Positions 38,525 through 51,242 are shown, counted from the stretch's first letter. The stretch: 64,000 nt of DNA from Octopus bimaculoides (GCF_001194135.2 NC_068993.1:12885284-12949283); one strand, 5' to 3'. Notes: generated from the sequence alone by a model not told the origin. Numbers and translations are program-made.

Positions 38525-39400
38525 NNNNNNNNNNNNNNNNNNNNNNNNNNNNNNNNNNNNNNNNNNNNNNNNNNNNNNNNNNNNNNNNNNNNNNNNNNNN
38601 NNNNNNNNNNNNNNNNNNNNNNNNNNNNNNNNNNNNNNNNNNNNNNNNNNNNNNNNNNNNNNNNNNNNNNNNNNNNNNNNNNNNNNNNNNNNNNNNNNNN
38701 NNNNNNNNNNNNNNNNNNNNNNNNNNNNNNNNNNNNNNNNNNNNNNNNNNNNNNNNNNNNNNNNNNNNNNNNNNNNNNNNNNNNNNNNNNNNNNNNNNNN
38801 NNNNNNNNNNNNNNNNNNNNNNNNNNNNNNNNNNNNNNNNNNNNNNNNNNNNNNNNNNNNNNNNNNNNNNNNNNNNNNNNNNNNNNNNNNNNNNNNNNNN
38901 NNNNNNNNNNNNNNNNNNNNNNNNNNNNNNNNNNNNNNNNNNNNNNNNNNNNNNNNNNNNNNNNNNNNNNNNNNNNNNNNNNNNNNNNNNNNNNNNNNNN
39001 NNNNNNNNNNNNNNNNNNNNNNNNNNNNNNNNNNNNNNNNNNNNNNNNNNNNNNNNNNNNNNNNNNNNNNNNNNNNNNNNNNNNNNNNNNNNNNNNNNNN
39101 NNNNNNNNNNNNNNNNNNNNNNNNNNNNNNNNNNNNNNNNNNNNNNNNNNNNNNNNNNNNNNNNNNNNNNNNNNNNNNNNNNNNNNNNNNNNNNNNNNNN
39201 NNNNNNNNNNNNNNNNNNNNNNNNNNNNNNNNNNNNNNNNNNNNNNNNNNNNNNNNNNNNNNNNNNNNNNNNNNNNNNNNNNNNNNNNNNNNNNNNNNNN
39301 NNNNNNNNNNTCAAAAGAGAATGATGTACGTACTTCAGGGAAACGGAAGTACACCCCGTGGTGAAGTAGATAGACGCAGGCGATGATGATGATGATGATG

Positions 39401-39433
<33 letters not shown>

Positions 39434-39434
39434 T

Positions 39435-39805
39435 TTTCTATTATAGGCACAAGGCCTGGAATTTGGCGGGAAGGAACTAGTTGATTAGATCGACCCGAGT
39501 GTTTCACTGGCACTTAATTTATCGATCTTGAAAGGATGAAAGGCAAAATTCGACCTCGGTAGAATTTGAACTCAGAACGTAATAACGGACGAAATGCCGC
39601 TCAGTACTTTGTCCGGTGTGCTAACGATTCTGCCAGCTCACAGCTTTTCACCGCCTAAATAATAACAATAATAATCCTTTCCACTGGAAGGACAAGGCCT
39701 CAAATTTGGTAGCGAGGTGACTAGCCGATTACATCGACTCCAGTACTCAACTGGTAGTTACTTTATCGTTTCCGAAAGGATGAAAGACAAAGTCGACCTC
39801 AGCAG
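39435..39805 (-). mobile_element. SINE family A copy (39435-39657) plus partial copy (39670-39805)
   Basis: Reverse-strand core 'atttatcgatcttgaaaggatgaaaggcaaa' and head; (AAT)n run adjacent. Confidence 0.85.
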
Positions 39806-40762
39806 AATAGTAACAGCTACTACTTCTTGGTTACCGTCGATAAAAATTAATGCTGCTGTTAAAGATTGTAAAATACTTGATAAGTATGATGACGGTGTGG
39901 TATGTTTCTTCTTCGAACGGGAAAATGTGGCTTTTGTTAGAATCATTGTTTTGAAAAAAATAATTTAACAAAAAACGATTTCTCGGCACCCAGTTTTAAT
40001 ATTCTCTGTTCTTTACTGTGTGTTAACCATATTCCTCTGAACGGATATATATATATATATATATATATGTAATCTCTTTATCTTCTGAACGATTGCAAGT
40101 GACGAGAAATTCAAAGAAACGACGGAATGAGTCATCAGCTGCTTCTAAATAAATAAATTGTACCATTCGTATTGATTATTCTTTAATTCGTTTGTAACAC
40201 CAAATGTTTGTGCGTGCATATNNNNNNNNNNNNNNNNNNNNNNNNNNNNNNNNNNNNNNNNNNNNNNNNNNNNNNNNNNNNNNNNNNNNNNNNNNNNNNN
40301 NNNNNNNNNNNNNNNNNNNNNNNNNNNNNNNNNNNNNNNNNNNNNNNNNNNNNNNNNNNNNNNNNNNNNNNNNNNNNNNNNNNNNNNNNNNNNNNNNNNN
40401 NNNNNNNNNNNNNNNNNNNNNNNNNNNNNNNNNNNNNNNNNNNNNNNNNNNNNNNNNNNNNNNNNNNNNNNNNNNNNNNNNNNNNNNNNNNNNNNNNNNN
40501 NNNNNNNNNNNNNNNNNNNNNNTCTGATTTTAACGCACAAGATACAAAGCTCTGCCAAATGACTGATGCCGTGCCAAGAATTAGTATAAATGAGATTTTA
40601 AACCGATAAGGACATTGACAAGACAAATATTCCTTTTAGTCGTTTTTAATAATGTTGTTATTGTAGTTGTCTTCGTCGGCCTTGTTTATTGATTTATTTA
40701 TTTTTTTGTTTTCAATAGGATATAGTAAAGTGTAGTATAGAACACATACACGCACACACACG

Positions 40763-40820
<58 letters not shown>

Positions 40821-40922
40821 CATATATATATGCATATAGCAATACTTCGCTTAATCTTTCGATTAACGAACCCACGTTTTAGTGTTGTTTTATTAAGGTT
40901 ATAAAAATAAACTATTTAATTG

Positions 40923-41090
40923 TGCAGGCTTCGGTGTGTGGCTAAGAATTTAGCTTTACAACCACGAGGTTTCAGGTTCATCACCTCGGACAAATGTCTT
41001 TTATTCTTTTACTATAATCCTCGGCCAACCTATGCATTGCGAGAGAATTTGGTGGAAGCTGATTGTGCGGAAGTTCGTCGTAAAAAATGC
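40923..41090 (+). mobile_element. SINE family B (degenerate)
   Basis: 'ggtgtgtggctaagaatttagctttacaaccacgaggtttcaggttca...cctcggccaacc...gaatttggtgg'. Confidence 0.65.
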
Positions 41091-41777
41091 GTCCGTGTGT
41101 GTGTGAGAGAGAGAGAGAAAAGGTGCTGTGCGTGAAGGTACTGCATGTATCTATTCTGTTCTCACTTCCTCGCTTGACAAAGTAGTGTCGTTTAAAAAAT
41201 ATATACCGGTGTCGACTGAAATCCTTCAAAAGCAGTGCCCCAGCATGGCTGCACTGTAATGTCTGTACCTTTCGATATTAACCTTTAGTACACTGCAGGT
41301 GCATCATGTCACTGTATGAGTCTTCTCCCTTGTAGTAACTGTACATTGGCAGAGGAAATAATGCAGTGTGCTAAGCGTTAAAGAAAGCAGGCTATTATTT
41401 GAAGATAGCTGTCTCTAACAGGTCGGACAGTTATCTAGAACAACATTAGCAAAACTTTTTAGTCGAGTGTACCAGGAGTTTAGTTTATTTATTCCATCTT
41501 CCTATATCTTTATCATATGTATTTTACATTTAGGTAAATGCTTAAAAATTAACCTATTATAAACGTGATAAATCAGATAAATCACGTCAAACACGTCACA
41601 TTTGATTGCGAAATGTGAGTCAACGCCGCGTTATCACTGAACAAGAAATTATCTTCAGGGCCTCTTACAATACTATGCTGTTACGTTAAGTTTGTAGTAA
41701 AATAGCTGTGTATGAATTTAACATGATGTGGTTGCTATTCCAAGCTGCTAGAAGGACGATTTAGTAGTTCCTTTGTT

Positions 41778-41808
<31 letters not shown>

Positions 41809-42169
41809 ATGTATGTGTGATGTCTTGCTGTTGTTATTTTGTCTATCAATGCTAGGTGTATTGTCCTATTATTTAATTAACTTCATCACAGAGACGTACT
41901 AATTAAATTAAATACAAAATTACGAGACAGACGCATAGAAAAGAAAATGTGCCCAAGACATTGAAACAAGTTTGTGTTGGTGTATTTTGAGACAGTGGGT
42001 TGGTGGTTCTATGTGTGTGATGGTGGTGGGTGTTTATGTGAGCGTGTGGGTGTGTTTGTCAGTTTTTGCTATTTTTTATTAATCAGTAATTATGTCCAGA
42101 CATTCTCTCGTAATTTACTTTCATTTGAAGAATTAACCAGACAGACAGGTAAATATACCTTGTACGATT

Positions 42170-42203
42170 ACTTACCTGAGTAAACGAAAACGGTTAATTA
42201 GTG
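42170..42203 (-). other. Candidate recursive splice site (3'ss/5'ss fusion), minus strand
   Basis: Minus strand reads CACTAAT-taac-cgttttcgtttact-CAG|GTAAGTAA, with no AG for about 105 nt upstream. Confidence 0.35.
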
Positions 42204-42563
42204 GTGAGTTTTCAATTGAAGATATACAGTAATTATATATATATATATATACACACATATGTGTGTGTGTGTGTGTGTGTATTCTTACACACAGACTAAT
42301 ATTCTCGTACACTTATCTAAAATTCAACGTTACCATAATACTAAAGTTGATCTACAGTTACTGATTCTCAGAAGATTGTTCCGTGCCTTCGTCTAAATGG
42401 AAGACTTTTTTAGAGATGTATACGGGTTTCTCAAAAGACTAGGCTCGTAGCCTCAAATTCTGAAGCTCAAATTACAAAAAGAGCCTTATTTTTTGTTTGG
42501 AGGATCACCAAGAAACTGTAAAATATCTTGCAAATTTTTTTATTCTTTTATATGTTTCAGTCA

Positions 42564-42596
<33 letters not shown>

Positions 42597-42606
42597 AGCT
42601 ACCTGG

Positions 42607-42810
42607 TGGCGCGTTTTGCTCTTGAGTAAGACATTTTATTTTAAGTTGCTCCAGTCGAGTGAGTTACCGAAAATGAGTAGTGGCTGAAAACTACGTTAAG
42701 GGTACGCGTGTCTGTGTAGTACTCAGTCACTTGGGCGTTAATTCCACGAGTAGGCTGTTCCGTTGATCAGATCAACTGGAATAGTCATCGTCCTAACCGA
42801 CGTAGTACCA
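42607..42810 (+). mobile_element. SINE family D (CORE-like body)
   Basis: 'ttgagtaagacattttattttaagttgctccagtc' plus the tail shared with 470-577. Confidence 0.7.
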
Positions 42811-42837
42811 GTTTTGTTTGCGTATCTATATGCAGTC

Positions 42838-42887
<50 letters not shown>

Positions 42888-43676
42888 AAACTGTAGCAGA
42901 CTGTTACGAAATCGGTGTTGAAACATATTGGATTGACATAGTTTTCTGCGTCAGCTTTCTAGAATATAGTTCCAAATTTGATGTCTGTACTTGTAAAAGG
43001 TAACCAATGTTTTACCTGTGTGCGTGAGTNNNNNNNNNNNNNNNNNNNNNNNNNNNNNNNNNNNNNNNNNNNNNNNNNNNNNNNNNNNNNNNNNNNNNNN
43101 NNNNNNNNNNNNNNNNNNNNNNNNNNNNNNNNNNNNNNNNNNNNNNNNNNNNNNNNNNNNNNNNNNNNNNNNNNNNNNNNNNNNNNNNNNNNNNNNNNNN
43201 NNNNNNNNNNNNNNNNNNNNNNNNNNNNNNNNNNNNNNNNNNNNNNNNNNNNNNNNNNNNNNNNNNNNNNNNNNNNNNNNNNNNNNNNNNNNNNNNNNNN
43301 NNNNNNNNNNNNNNNNNNNNNNNNNNNNNNNNNNNNNNNNNNNNNNNNNNNNNNNNNNNNNNNNNNNNNNNNNNNNNNNNNNNNNNNNNNNNNNNNNNNN
43401 NNNNNNNNNNNNNNNNNNNNNNNNNNNNNNNNNNNNNNNNNNNNNNNNNNNNNNNNNNNNNNNNNNNNNNNNNNNNNNNNNNNNNNNNNNNNNNNNNNNN
43501 NNNNNNNNNNNNNNNNNNNNNNNNNNNNNNNNNNNNNNNNNNNNNNNNCATATATATATGGTTCTAAGAGTCTGTTTCCGGACGAAAAGACGACATTGAT
43601 GGCTAGGATTGTCAGTCCATTCTTTATACCTTTCTTCTTTTCTTTTTTTTTATCATTTGCGAAGACACCCTCTTAA

Positions 43677-43714
<38 letters not shown>

Positions 43715-44169
43715 GCACGTACCTTTGCATAGAGAGAGAGAGAGAGAGAGAGAGAGGAAACAGCTATTCTTTCGTATGTGTTGTCTGAAACAGACGACTG
43801 TGTCCTAGTTAGATCGTTTATTTAATAAAGAAAATTATTTTTCATTTATATGTATTAGTTCTTCATGTTTAATTTGGATTTATGCCGTAATTAACGTCTC
43901 GAGACTCTCTCGGTTTCGTTACCTGAATAAAAATAATTATAGAACTTATTTATTATTCGAGCACTTTAAGCCGGAAAGCATCGTGTGGGATACACTTATT
44001 GCTGTTCAAATAATCGTGTCTTGAATACATACATGAACACAAATATATGCGCAACGTAATACAAAACAAGATTTTTTTTTTATTAACTGACATATCGCAT
44101 TCAAATTGCTCATTTCTATTTAAAGTACCACTATTTCTAATACAAAGTTACTGTTCAACATACACTCTA

Positions 44170-44683
44170 TAGCAAGCGACCATCTTTGAAAAAAAAAAAA
44201 ATTCAGATGTGCTCGGTTGTGCCTATTGTTGCACACCTTGCACGAGCCATTAAATCGTTTTCTCGATAACTGGCTATTCGACCAAAAAGGTATGTCAGAC
44301 AACAGGCCTCCACTGACCAGCCCAATTTGCAGATTGTCTGATATTTGGCCAGATATGTGTCTGGTCACGCATTGTCATGGTGAAAGTGGATTATTTTCAG
44401 ATATACGTTCCGCCTCTTCCTTCTAATGGCTGTCTAAGCTTTCTGATATTCCCAACGTACCATTCACTGTTCATGGTATAGCCACGTTCCAAAAGATCAA
44501 GAATAACGTCTTTGTTGATTCCAAATCAGTCATCATGACATTTTTTTTTTTTTTTTTTTTACCTATTGCTAACTCTTGAGATTTTCAGGATTTCCTTAAA
44601 AGTTATGATGCTATTCGAAGAACTGGGCCTTGGTTTCCGGAACTTAAAATATGCTCACATTTTCATCCCTTGTCACAATAATT
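44170..44683 (-). pseudogene. Decayed mariner (DD34D-type) transposase, catalytic region
   Basis: Manual translation: 'IIVTRDE...PETKAQ' (cf. IVTGDE...PETKRQ), 'VILDLLERGYTMNSEWY', 'RRKRRNVYLKIIHFHHDNA*PDT...ICKLGW' (cf. HHDNARPH...LGW). Frameshifts, stops and a poly-T insertion are present. Confidence 0.85.
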
Positions 44684-46354
44684 TTACAAAATCTTGGTGG
44701 ATATCGGGCAAACTTGGCCTCGGCGAGATTTGAACTATGCAATAAAAAGAGAACCGTTAAGAGCCAGAACATCCACAAGCCCAATGCTATAACGATTCTG
44801 CCATCTATTTGTTCGTCTATCTGCCTATCTATCTATTTATCTATCGCTCTAATAATAGTACTGATTTTTTATATTGTCATGCAGTCCTCAAATTTTAGAG
44901 ATATATAGTCGATTAAATCGTTCCCAATACAAGCAAGTACTTACTTTATCCGTATCAGAGAAATAATATATCTATTTATGATCATACTGTGACTTGTACC
45001 AGAACTATGCGGTAAAAAAAGGATCTGTAATTAAATACAACATTGACTCACATTTAGTCAAACGATTTTACGTTTACCGAAGCTGCTGCTGCTGCTGCTG
45101 CTTTCATTACGAGGCAGTTTCCAGACATTGGGTGGCCATCTCCTAAAATGGCAGTAGCTTTCTATGTGTGTATGTGCTATGTGTGAAAGCATTTGTGTAT
45201 GATCATGTTTATGAATACACTCACATACGCACATATACATGCATGCTATTGTGTGTTTGTATCTTTATGCCAAAACACATAAACATATATGAACGTAGGG
45301 ATATGTTTTGGCGTGAGTTTGACAAATATTTGAAAACCCCCAAATACATAGCTGAGTGTTATGTCTAAAACCATGTGTCAAGTTTGTTTATTTATTATTT
45401 TTTGCTGACGTAAGAAAGAAATACTCTTGGAGCTGCTATTCTTACTTTTGTTTTTATGTGTGTGTGTATGCCCGTGTATATGCATGTGTGGCTGCGTTTG
45501 TGCGCGTTTACGTGTATAAGTGAAATTCTATAAATATGTGTGTGTTCTGGCACTTTAAAATGAAGTATGAAAACAGTAAGATGAATCATACTAAGAAAAT
45601 GACATTTTATACTAAAACCGTTTCTGAAGTAGGAACAGGGCCAGGAATGTAGTATAAGGTAATTGTTGATTATATCGACTCACAGTATATAAAATGGTAA
45701 TTTATTTTATCAATACGAAAATGAAAAGCAATGCTGACCACTCTGGGATTTGAACTTAAAACGCCAAGATCCGGAGCAAACACAATTACTCTTTTATTTC
45801 AGTCGTTTTGTGTTTCCAGTAATCGACCGCAATCATCGACTTTTCTGCGCATGCAGGAGATTACAAGAAGACTTTAGGGTAGTGTTAAGAATTCTTTGCA
45901 GTATTGGCCCGAAATGTCTTTATTGTGAGTTCAAATCTCGTCAAGATTAACTTTGCGTAGTAACCTTCTCGGGTCCATAAATGATATGTGGTCAACCACT
46001 TTACCTGTCTGTCTACCAAGCTATTTCCCAGTTTCTCTGTACCTTTATTGGAATTGCCGTGTGGAGAGTGATAGACGGTCGCCCAAAGCGTCCTGTTCTT
46101 CGGTATTAGAAAACACTTGCGCAAGAGACTAAACCATCGATTCTGATGGCAAGCCTGATATGCTTTTAAAAACGGCCAAAGACTGCTCAATGAGCAGCTC
46201 AGCGCAAGTAGAAATATAGTAGAATATATATATTGATATAATAATTATAACGAATACATTTGGTACACGTGCCAAGATAGTAGCTCTTGCCCACTAATTA
46301 CATTAAAATTTAAGTTTTTCTACCCACTATATAACAAACTGAAATAATTAAGGT

Positions 46355-46540
46355 GTTGGGCTCGCGATCTTTAGGTGTGAGGGTCGATTTTCGGCGCGAG
46401 CGGTGTGCCGTGACCTTGAGCATCGCACTTTTTATTTCAGTCTGCAGCTCATCACACTCAACTGGATTTGAGAGCCTCTATCAACTGGAGATTAACCCTG
46501 TTACGAGTTAGCATCCCTCTGGTGTTAGGATTATTGTACT
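46355..46540 (+). mobile_element. Degenerate tRNA/CORE SINE
   Basis: 'gggctcgcgatc...gggtcgatttt...gtgaccttgagcatcgcactttttatttc...aaccctg...gagttagcatccc' resembles the 20330 element. Confidence 0.5.
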
Positions 46541-47471
46541 CTCGGCCTAACAGCTTTGAATATGTAGTTATGTTCAAGCTCGAAGCAGATTTTATATTAG
46601 GTATGTGAGACGCTAGCAAATGTGTACCGCATTCTTATCATACTCCGGAAGTGTGTGGGAGAAAGAATTGCTAGAGAGCCGGACAAAATGCCTTTCGGTT
46701 ATGCATAACACGCATTTTTATTCTGAGTTCAAATGCCACTAGATCCAGTTCGTCTTTACCCGTCAGAGAAAATTGCACTCGACTTAATAACTACACCCCT
46801 CCTCTTATGCTTAACGCTCATTCCCAGTGTAAAAAAAATGCTATTAACCTTCGTAAAAGAGATTGCAGGCGTTCATATGTGAGAAACAGTATATGCCTAT
46901 TTAAAATAACTATCGCGCTGTAACTGTTTTAAATTCCACTCTCAATTTAAGGTCAAATTACATTTCAAACAAATACCGTTGAAAAACTATTTTTTTTTTT
47001 TTTACAGTGATACATGAACACGTTTTCAAATGAAATTTAGTCGAAATAATGTTTTGCATGATACAACAGCGTGTCAAATATATACCATAATCAATATAAA
47101 ACCAAAATATTTAACCAAATATAAATTTCTCATAAATCAGATTTCTGTCAGTGTATGAGTTTGTGTGTGTGTGGAGAGGTGCTTGTATAAGATTGTGGAT
47201 ATATATATATATATATATATATCTTTTATATGTAAGCATGGTTATGAATATCGTATTTAGTATAACGCATGGGGTGTACTTCAGCTGAAACATACATTCT
47301 GACTCTAATTCCCGAGCATTTTGTGCAGAAAATGTATTAATAACATAATGTCTCCAATTGAAGTCTATCTATCTATCTATCATATATAGGTCAGTGTATG
47401 TACGTATAAATATATAACACAGACATTCAACTGTTTCATGTAATATTATATATGTACTTCAGTATTGTTTA

Positions 47472-47510
47472 TACTAATGTCCATATTTTCTTTGCTTTTT
47501 CAGGTAAGTA
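47472..47510 (+). other. Candidate recursive splice site (ratchet point), plus strand
   Basis: TACTAAT branch point (47472-78), tract 'ccatattttctttgcttttt', CAG (47501-03) immediately followed by GTAAGTA (47504-10). Confidence 0.45.
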
Positions 47511-48963
47511 CGTTGGTGAATTTATTCGTTTATTTGAAGATTATATCAGGTAGGGTATCTTACCGTTTCTATACGTGGATGTGTACATGGGTATGTGTGT
47601 GTGTGTGTGTGGAATAATCAAGCTACACTCGTAAATAGAAACAATTACTTTTGAATTTATTTATTTTAGATACATATGTGGATCGATTTACAAGTAGATT
47701 GATTCCATTCGCCACCGAGTAAATCGAAATTGTGTAAAACGAAGTGGGGGGGGGGGCAAGATTTTAAAGATAATATCTATTGAAGATACAAAATAAAATT
47801 TAAGCAATGTTTATAAAAATAAGCATTATACATCTGCAGACATGCATGTATCGTTAACAAACTCGCACAGATGTGTTATTTACGATTAAATTTGAGGATC
47901 TGATCAAAGACTTTGCAATTCAAAAAGGTAGGAGGAAACTTTTCAGATGTAAGGTGGAAATATACAAAAATACATATTATTCTCCCTCTTACTGTTTCAT
48001 TTCGTTTTGAAAGGTAAAAGTTTATTTTATGGATTGTTATTGCTTATATTTTGAATTACGTAATCTCTTATGGGCGCACCAAAATCTTTTTAAGTGCTTA
48101 GGCCCACGATGGGTCTTAATCCGGCCCTGCCAGTGACTGAAACAAGTAAAAGTTAAATGATATAACGATATACCCTACGTATATTTTATCCTACATTTTA
48201 AGGAATATATAATCTTATATATCGAGGTGTTATGTAGTTGCCATCGACCTGTTAAGAGACTTACGAAAAATTTAGTAGCGTTAATAATAACTTTAGAAAA
48301 CTATTTATGCAGTAAGTTATGACTATACAGATCGCTGGTGGCGAGGGTGATGGCGGTGAGTGTTACTGTTGTTGATTAGTACCAGATCAACACTTACAAA
48401 GCAGGCATATGATCTAACGCATTACATCCACGACCACCCCCTCTTATTTTTTTGAGCAGTACTGCACCCATACCTACATTACCCAGCCAATTATTTATAA
48501 TACTGTAACGTGTGGTTTTACGGAAATTTAGCTGCTATTGACAGCATGTCGAAATCTCGACATGCTGTTGCTAACATTTAGAACCTCCTGCAGTGATTCC
48601 TGTCAGCACATGTTTGTTTATATTGGAATTAAAAACACTGCAGCGGTGGTGCTGGTGATACTGTAGTTGCTGTTGTTGTTTAACACTAGGACAGTTGTAA
48701 TTGAGCACGTCTGCGATGAACACATTTCCAACTATGACTGTCACATCTTACCAAGCATAGTACTACGTTATTTAATTTATCAATCCTGGTCTTTGTTTTG
48801 GTTTGTACTTTCTTTTTAAGTGCCTGAAAGCGCTTCAACGTTAAATTTAGTTTCCTAAATATCTGCAGATAACTGAACTGAATTTTAAGAGGTTTCAGCC
48901 TACAAAAATCATGAACACTATCCTTACTCTTCTGTCAAGGATATTAGGAAAAAATATTGACAT

Positions 48964-49120
48964 AGGCGCAGCAGTAGCTCTGTGGTAAGACGTTAGCTTG
49001 ACAACCACATGGTTCCGGATCCAGTTCCACTGTGTAGCAACTTGGATGAGTGTCTTCTATCATTGCCTCGAGCCAACCAAAGCTTTGTAAGTGGATTTGG
49101 TTGAAAGAAACTCGTCGTGT
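48964..49120 (+). mobile_element. SINE family B
   Basis: 'aggcgcagcagtagctctgtggtaag...caaccacatggttccggatccagttccactgtgtagcaacttgg...gtggatttggttg'. Confidence 0.8.
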
Positions 49121-49344
49121 TCGAAACGCGGTGTAGATAAAACGGGGGACAGCTGGTGAAGGGAATGTTCTTTATGTTGCCTGTCTCGTTTCTCAATTTG
49201 TTTCTCTCGTTGTTCGAAAAAAAGTTCGTTTTCCATGCTCTTGTCTTTTATGTTCTCGTTTCTCATTTTCTTCATGTTTTTTGGACGTCCTGTACCCACA
49301 TACGCATGTGTATATACATATACATGTAGGCATGTACGTGTGTG

Positions 49345-49623
49345 CGTGTGTGTCTGGTGTGCTAACTATTCTGCCAGCTCCCCACCGTACTTCTTTTTCT
49401 ACTGATAATCCTTTCTACTGGAAGCACAAGGCCTCAAATTTGGGGAAGGAATTAAGTCAATTACACCAACCCCAGTGTTCGACTAGGACTTAATTTGTCG
49501 ACCCCGAAAGGATGACAGGCGAAGTCGATTCCGGCGGCATTCGAACTCAGAACGTGAAGACAGGCGAAATATCGCTAACGACATCGCCCGGCACGCTAAC
49601 GATTCTGCCAGCTCGCCGCCTTA
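49345..49623 (-). mobile_element. SINE family A (49385-49623) plus head fragment of a second copy
   Basis: Reverse-strand full unit ending 'gattctgccagctcgccgcctta' on +, preceded by a second 'gtgctaactattctgccagctc' head. Confidence 0.85.
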
Positions 49624-49859
49624 ATAATAATAATAATGGTGGTGGTGATGGTGATGGTGGTTTTTGATTTTGTCTTCATGTTTTTTGGACGTCCTGTACC
49701 CACATACGCATGTGTACATATACATGTAGGCATGTACGTGTATATACACATGCGTATGTGGGTACACCTCCACTATATCGATCTCAATATTGAATTGGTA
49801 CTATATGCTATCAATAACGGGATTAACAACAAGTTGATCACGGCAAAATTCGAATTCAA

Positions 49860-49908
49860 ATAGGAAAGATTCAGAATAAATATTGCAGTGTATTTTGGGC
49901 AACCCTGT
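49860..49908. mobile_element. Solo Tc1/mariner-type terminal inverted repeat
   Basis: Ends '...gtgtattttgggcaaccctg|TA', i.e. TA|CAGGGTTGCCCAAAATAC on -, a typical Tc1/mariner end. No partner end was found. Confidence 0.4.
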
Positions 49909-50387
49909 AATGATACAGTAAGAAGGTATCTTTAACGTGATCACGCAGTTTTCTTGATATTACAGCCAGATCCACTATTAGATGTACGTTTATGACTTGC
50001 TCTGTTCTGTAATTACCTCGACACAGTTCTTTAGGTGCCTCTGACGACAAATAAATGGAAAATACTGTTTGTCTATTATTGTTATTTAGCTTTACATCTT
50101 CAGACTAGAATAGACAGACCAGTGTGGTAGGGACTGACATAGAAAAAAGTATTTATTACATTAGAAATGGCGGTCAGATAATTTAAGATAACACTGATCT
50201 ACTGAGCAAGATTATTCATCATTGTGGAGATGTGCCATATACTTACGTATATAATTGAATTCGTCTAAAGATTCGCTGGACGCACACGCATGCACACATG
50301 CAAACACGCACATTCTCCTGCGCTGCTTGCTATTTGTCACACACGCCTTTGTATGTTTACGGTGTATTTTATTTTAATGGTTGTTTC

Positions 50388-50432
<45 letters not shown>

Positions 50433-51196
50433 CTGTAGTAGTGGTAAGTCTTTTATTCGTATTTTCTCTTTTGAAACCTTACGGCACGTACTGACCCGCT
50501 TGAAAATGAATAGATCACCAACTTGGCTTAGTGGCGTTTTACAACCCGAATGATCCTTCTGAAAACAAACAATTTCTAAGAGAGAAAGAAACACACGAAG
50601 AAAAATAAAAAAAAAAGAGAGAGAGATAGAAAAAAGAAAGAATGTTTTTGAATGAAGGTTAGAGAATATAGTTGTAGTACGGTGGGATGGGCTAAAATAA
50701 CTGAACAGAGTATGATAGGAATAACAAATAGAGAAGAAGTTATAGACAGACTGTGGAATTGATAGCTGATCAAATAATGGCGTTTACAGAAAGCAATCAG
50801 GATTCAACTCCAGCTGTAACTACAATAGACTATAGACGATCAACCCACACTCAGGCACGCACCCCCTCTCTCTCTCACTCTCCATCTTTCTCTCACACAC
50901 ACATACACATACTCTCACAAACGTGCGCACACTCACAAGAATGAGCCAGTTAGGGTGCCAATGCGTAGCTGTTTTATCAGCTAGAAAGAGTAGTGAAATG
51001 CTCTTTAAAACGCGTTTTTTTTTTTAAACATGTGACAGTCTTTAAAACAGGATGAGAAGCAAAAACCGGGAAGGTCGCGGATGAAATGCCTTTCATCTTA
51101 GGTCTGCTCAATGAAGGCCTCTGTGAACTAAATAATAACCACCAACAAAAGCACTTCTCTCTCTCTCTCTCTCTCTTTTTCTCTCTCTGTATATAC

Positions 51197-51242
<46 letters not shown>

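Noticed and set aside
41480-41540. TTTAG|GTAAAT recursive-like site
   Set aside because: The donor is weak (GTAAAT) and there is no clear branch point, unlike 47503 and 42176.
48061-48129. TAATCCGGCCCTG, resembling a hAT-Tip100 right end
   Set aside because: No matching left TIR or TSD could be located.
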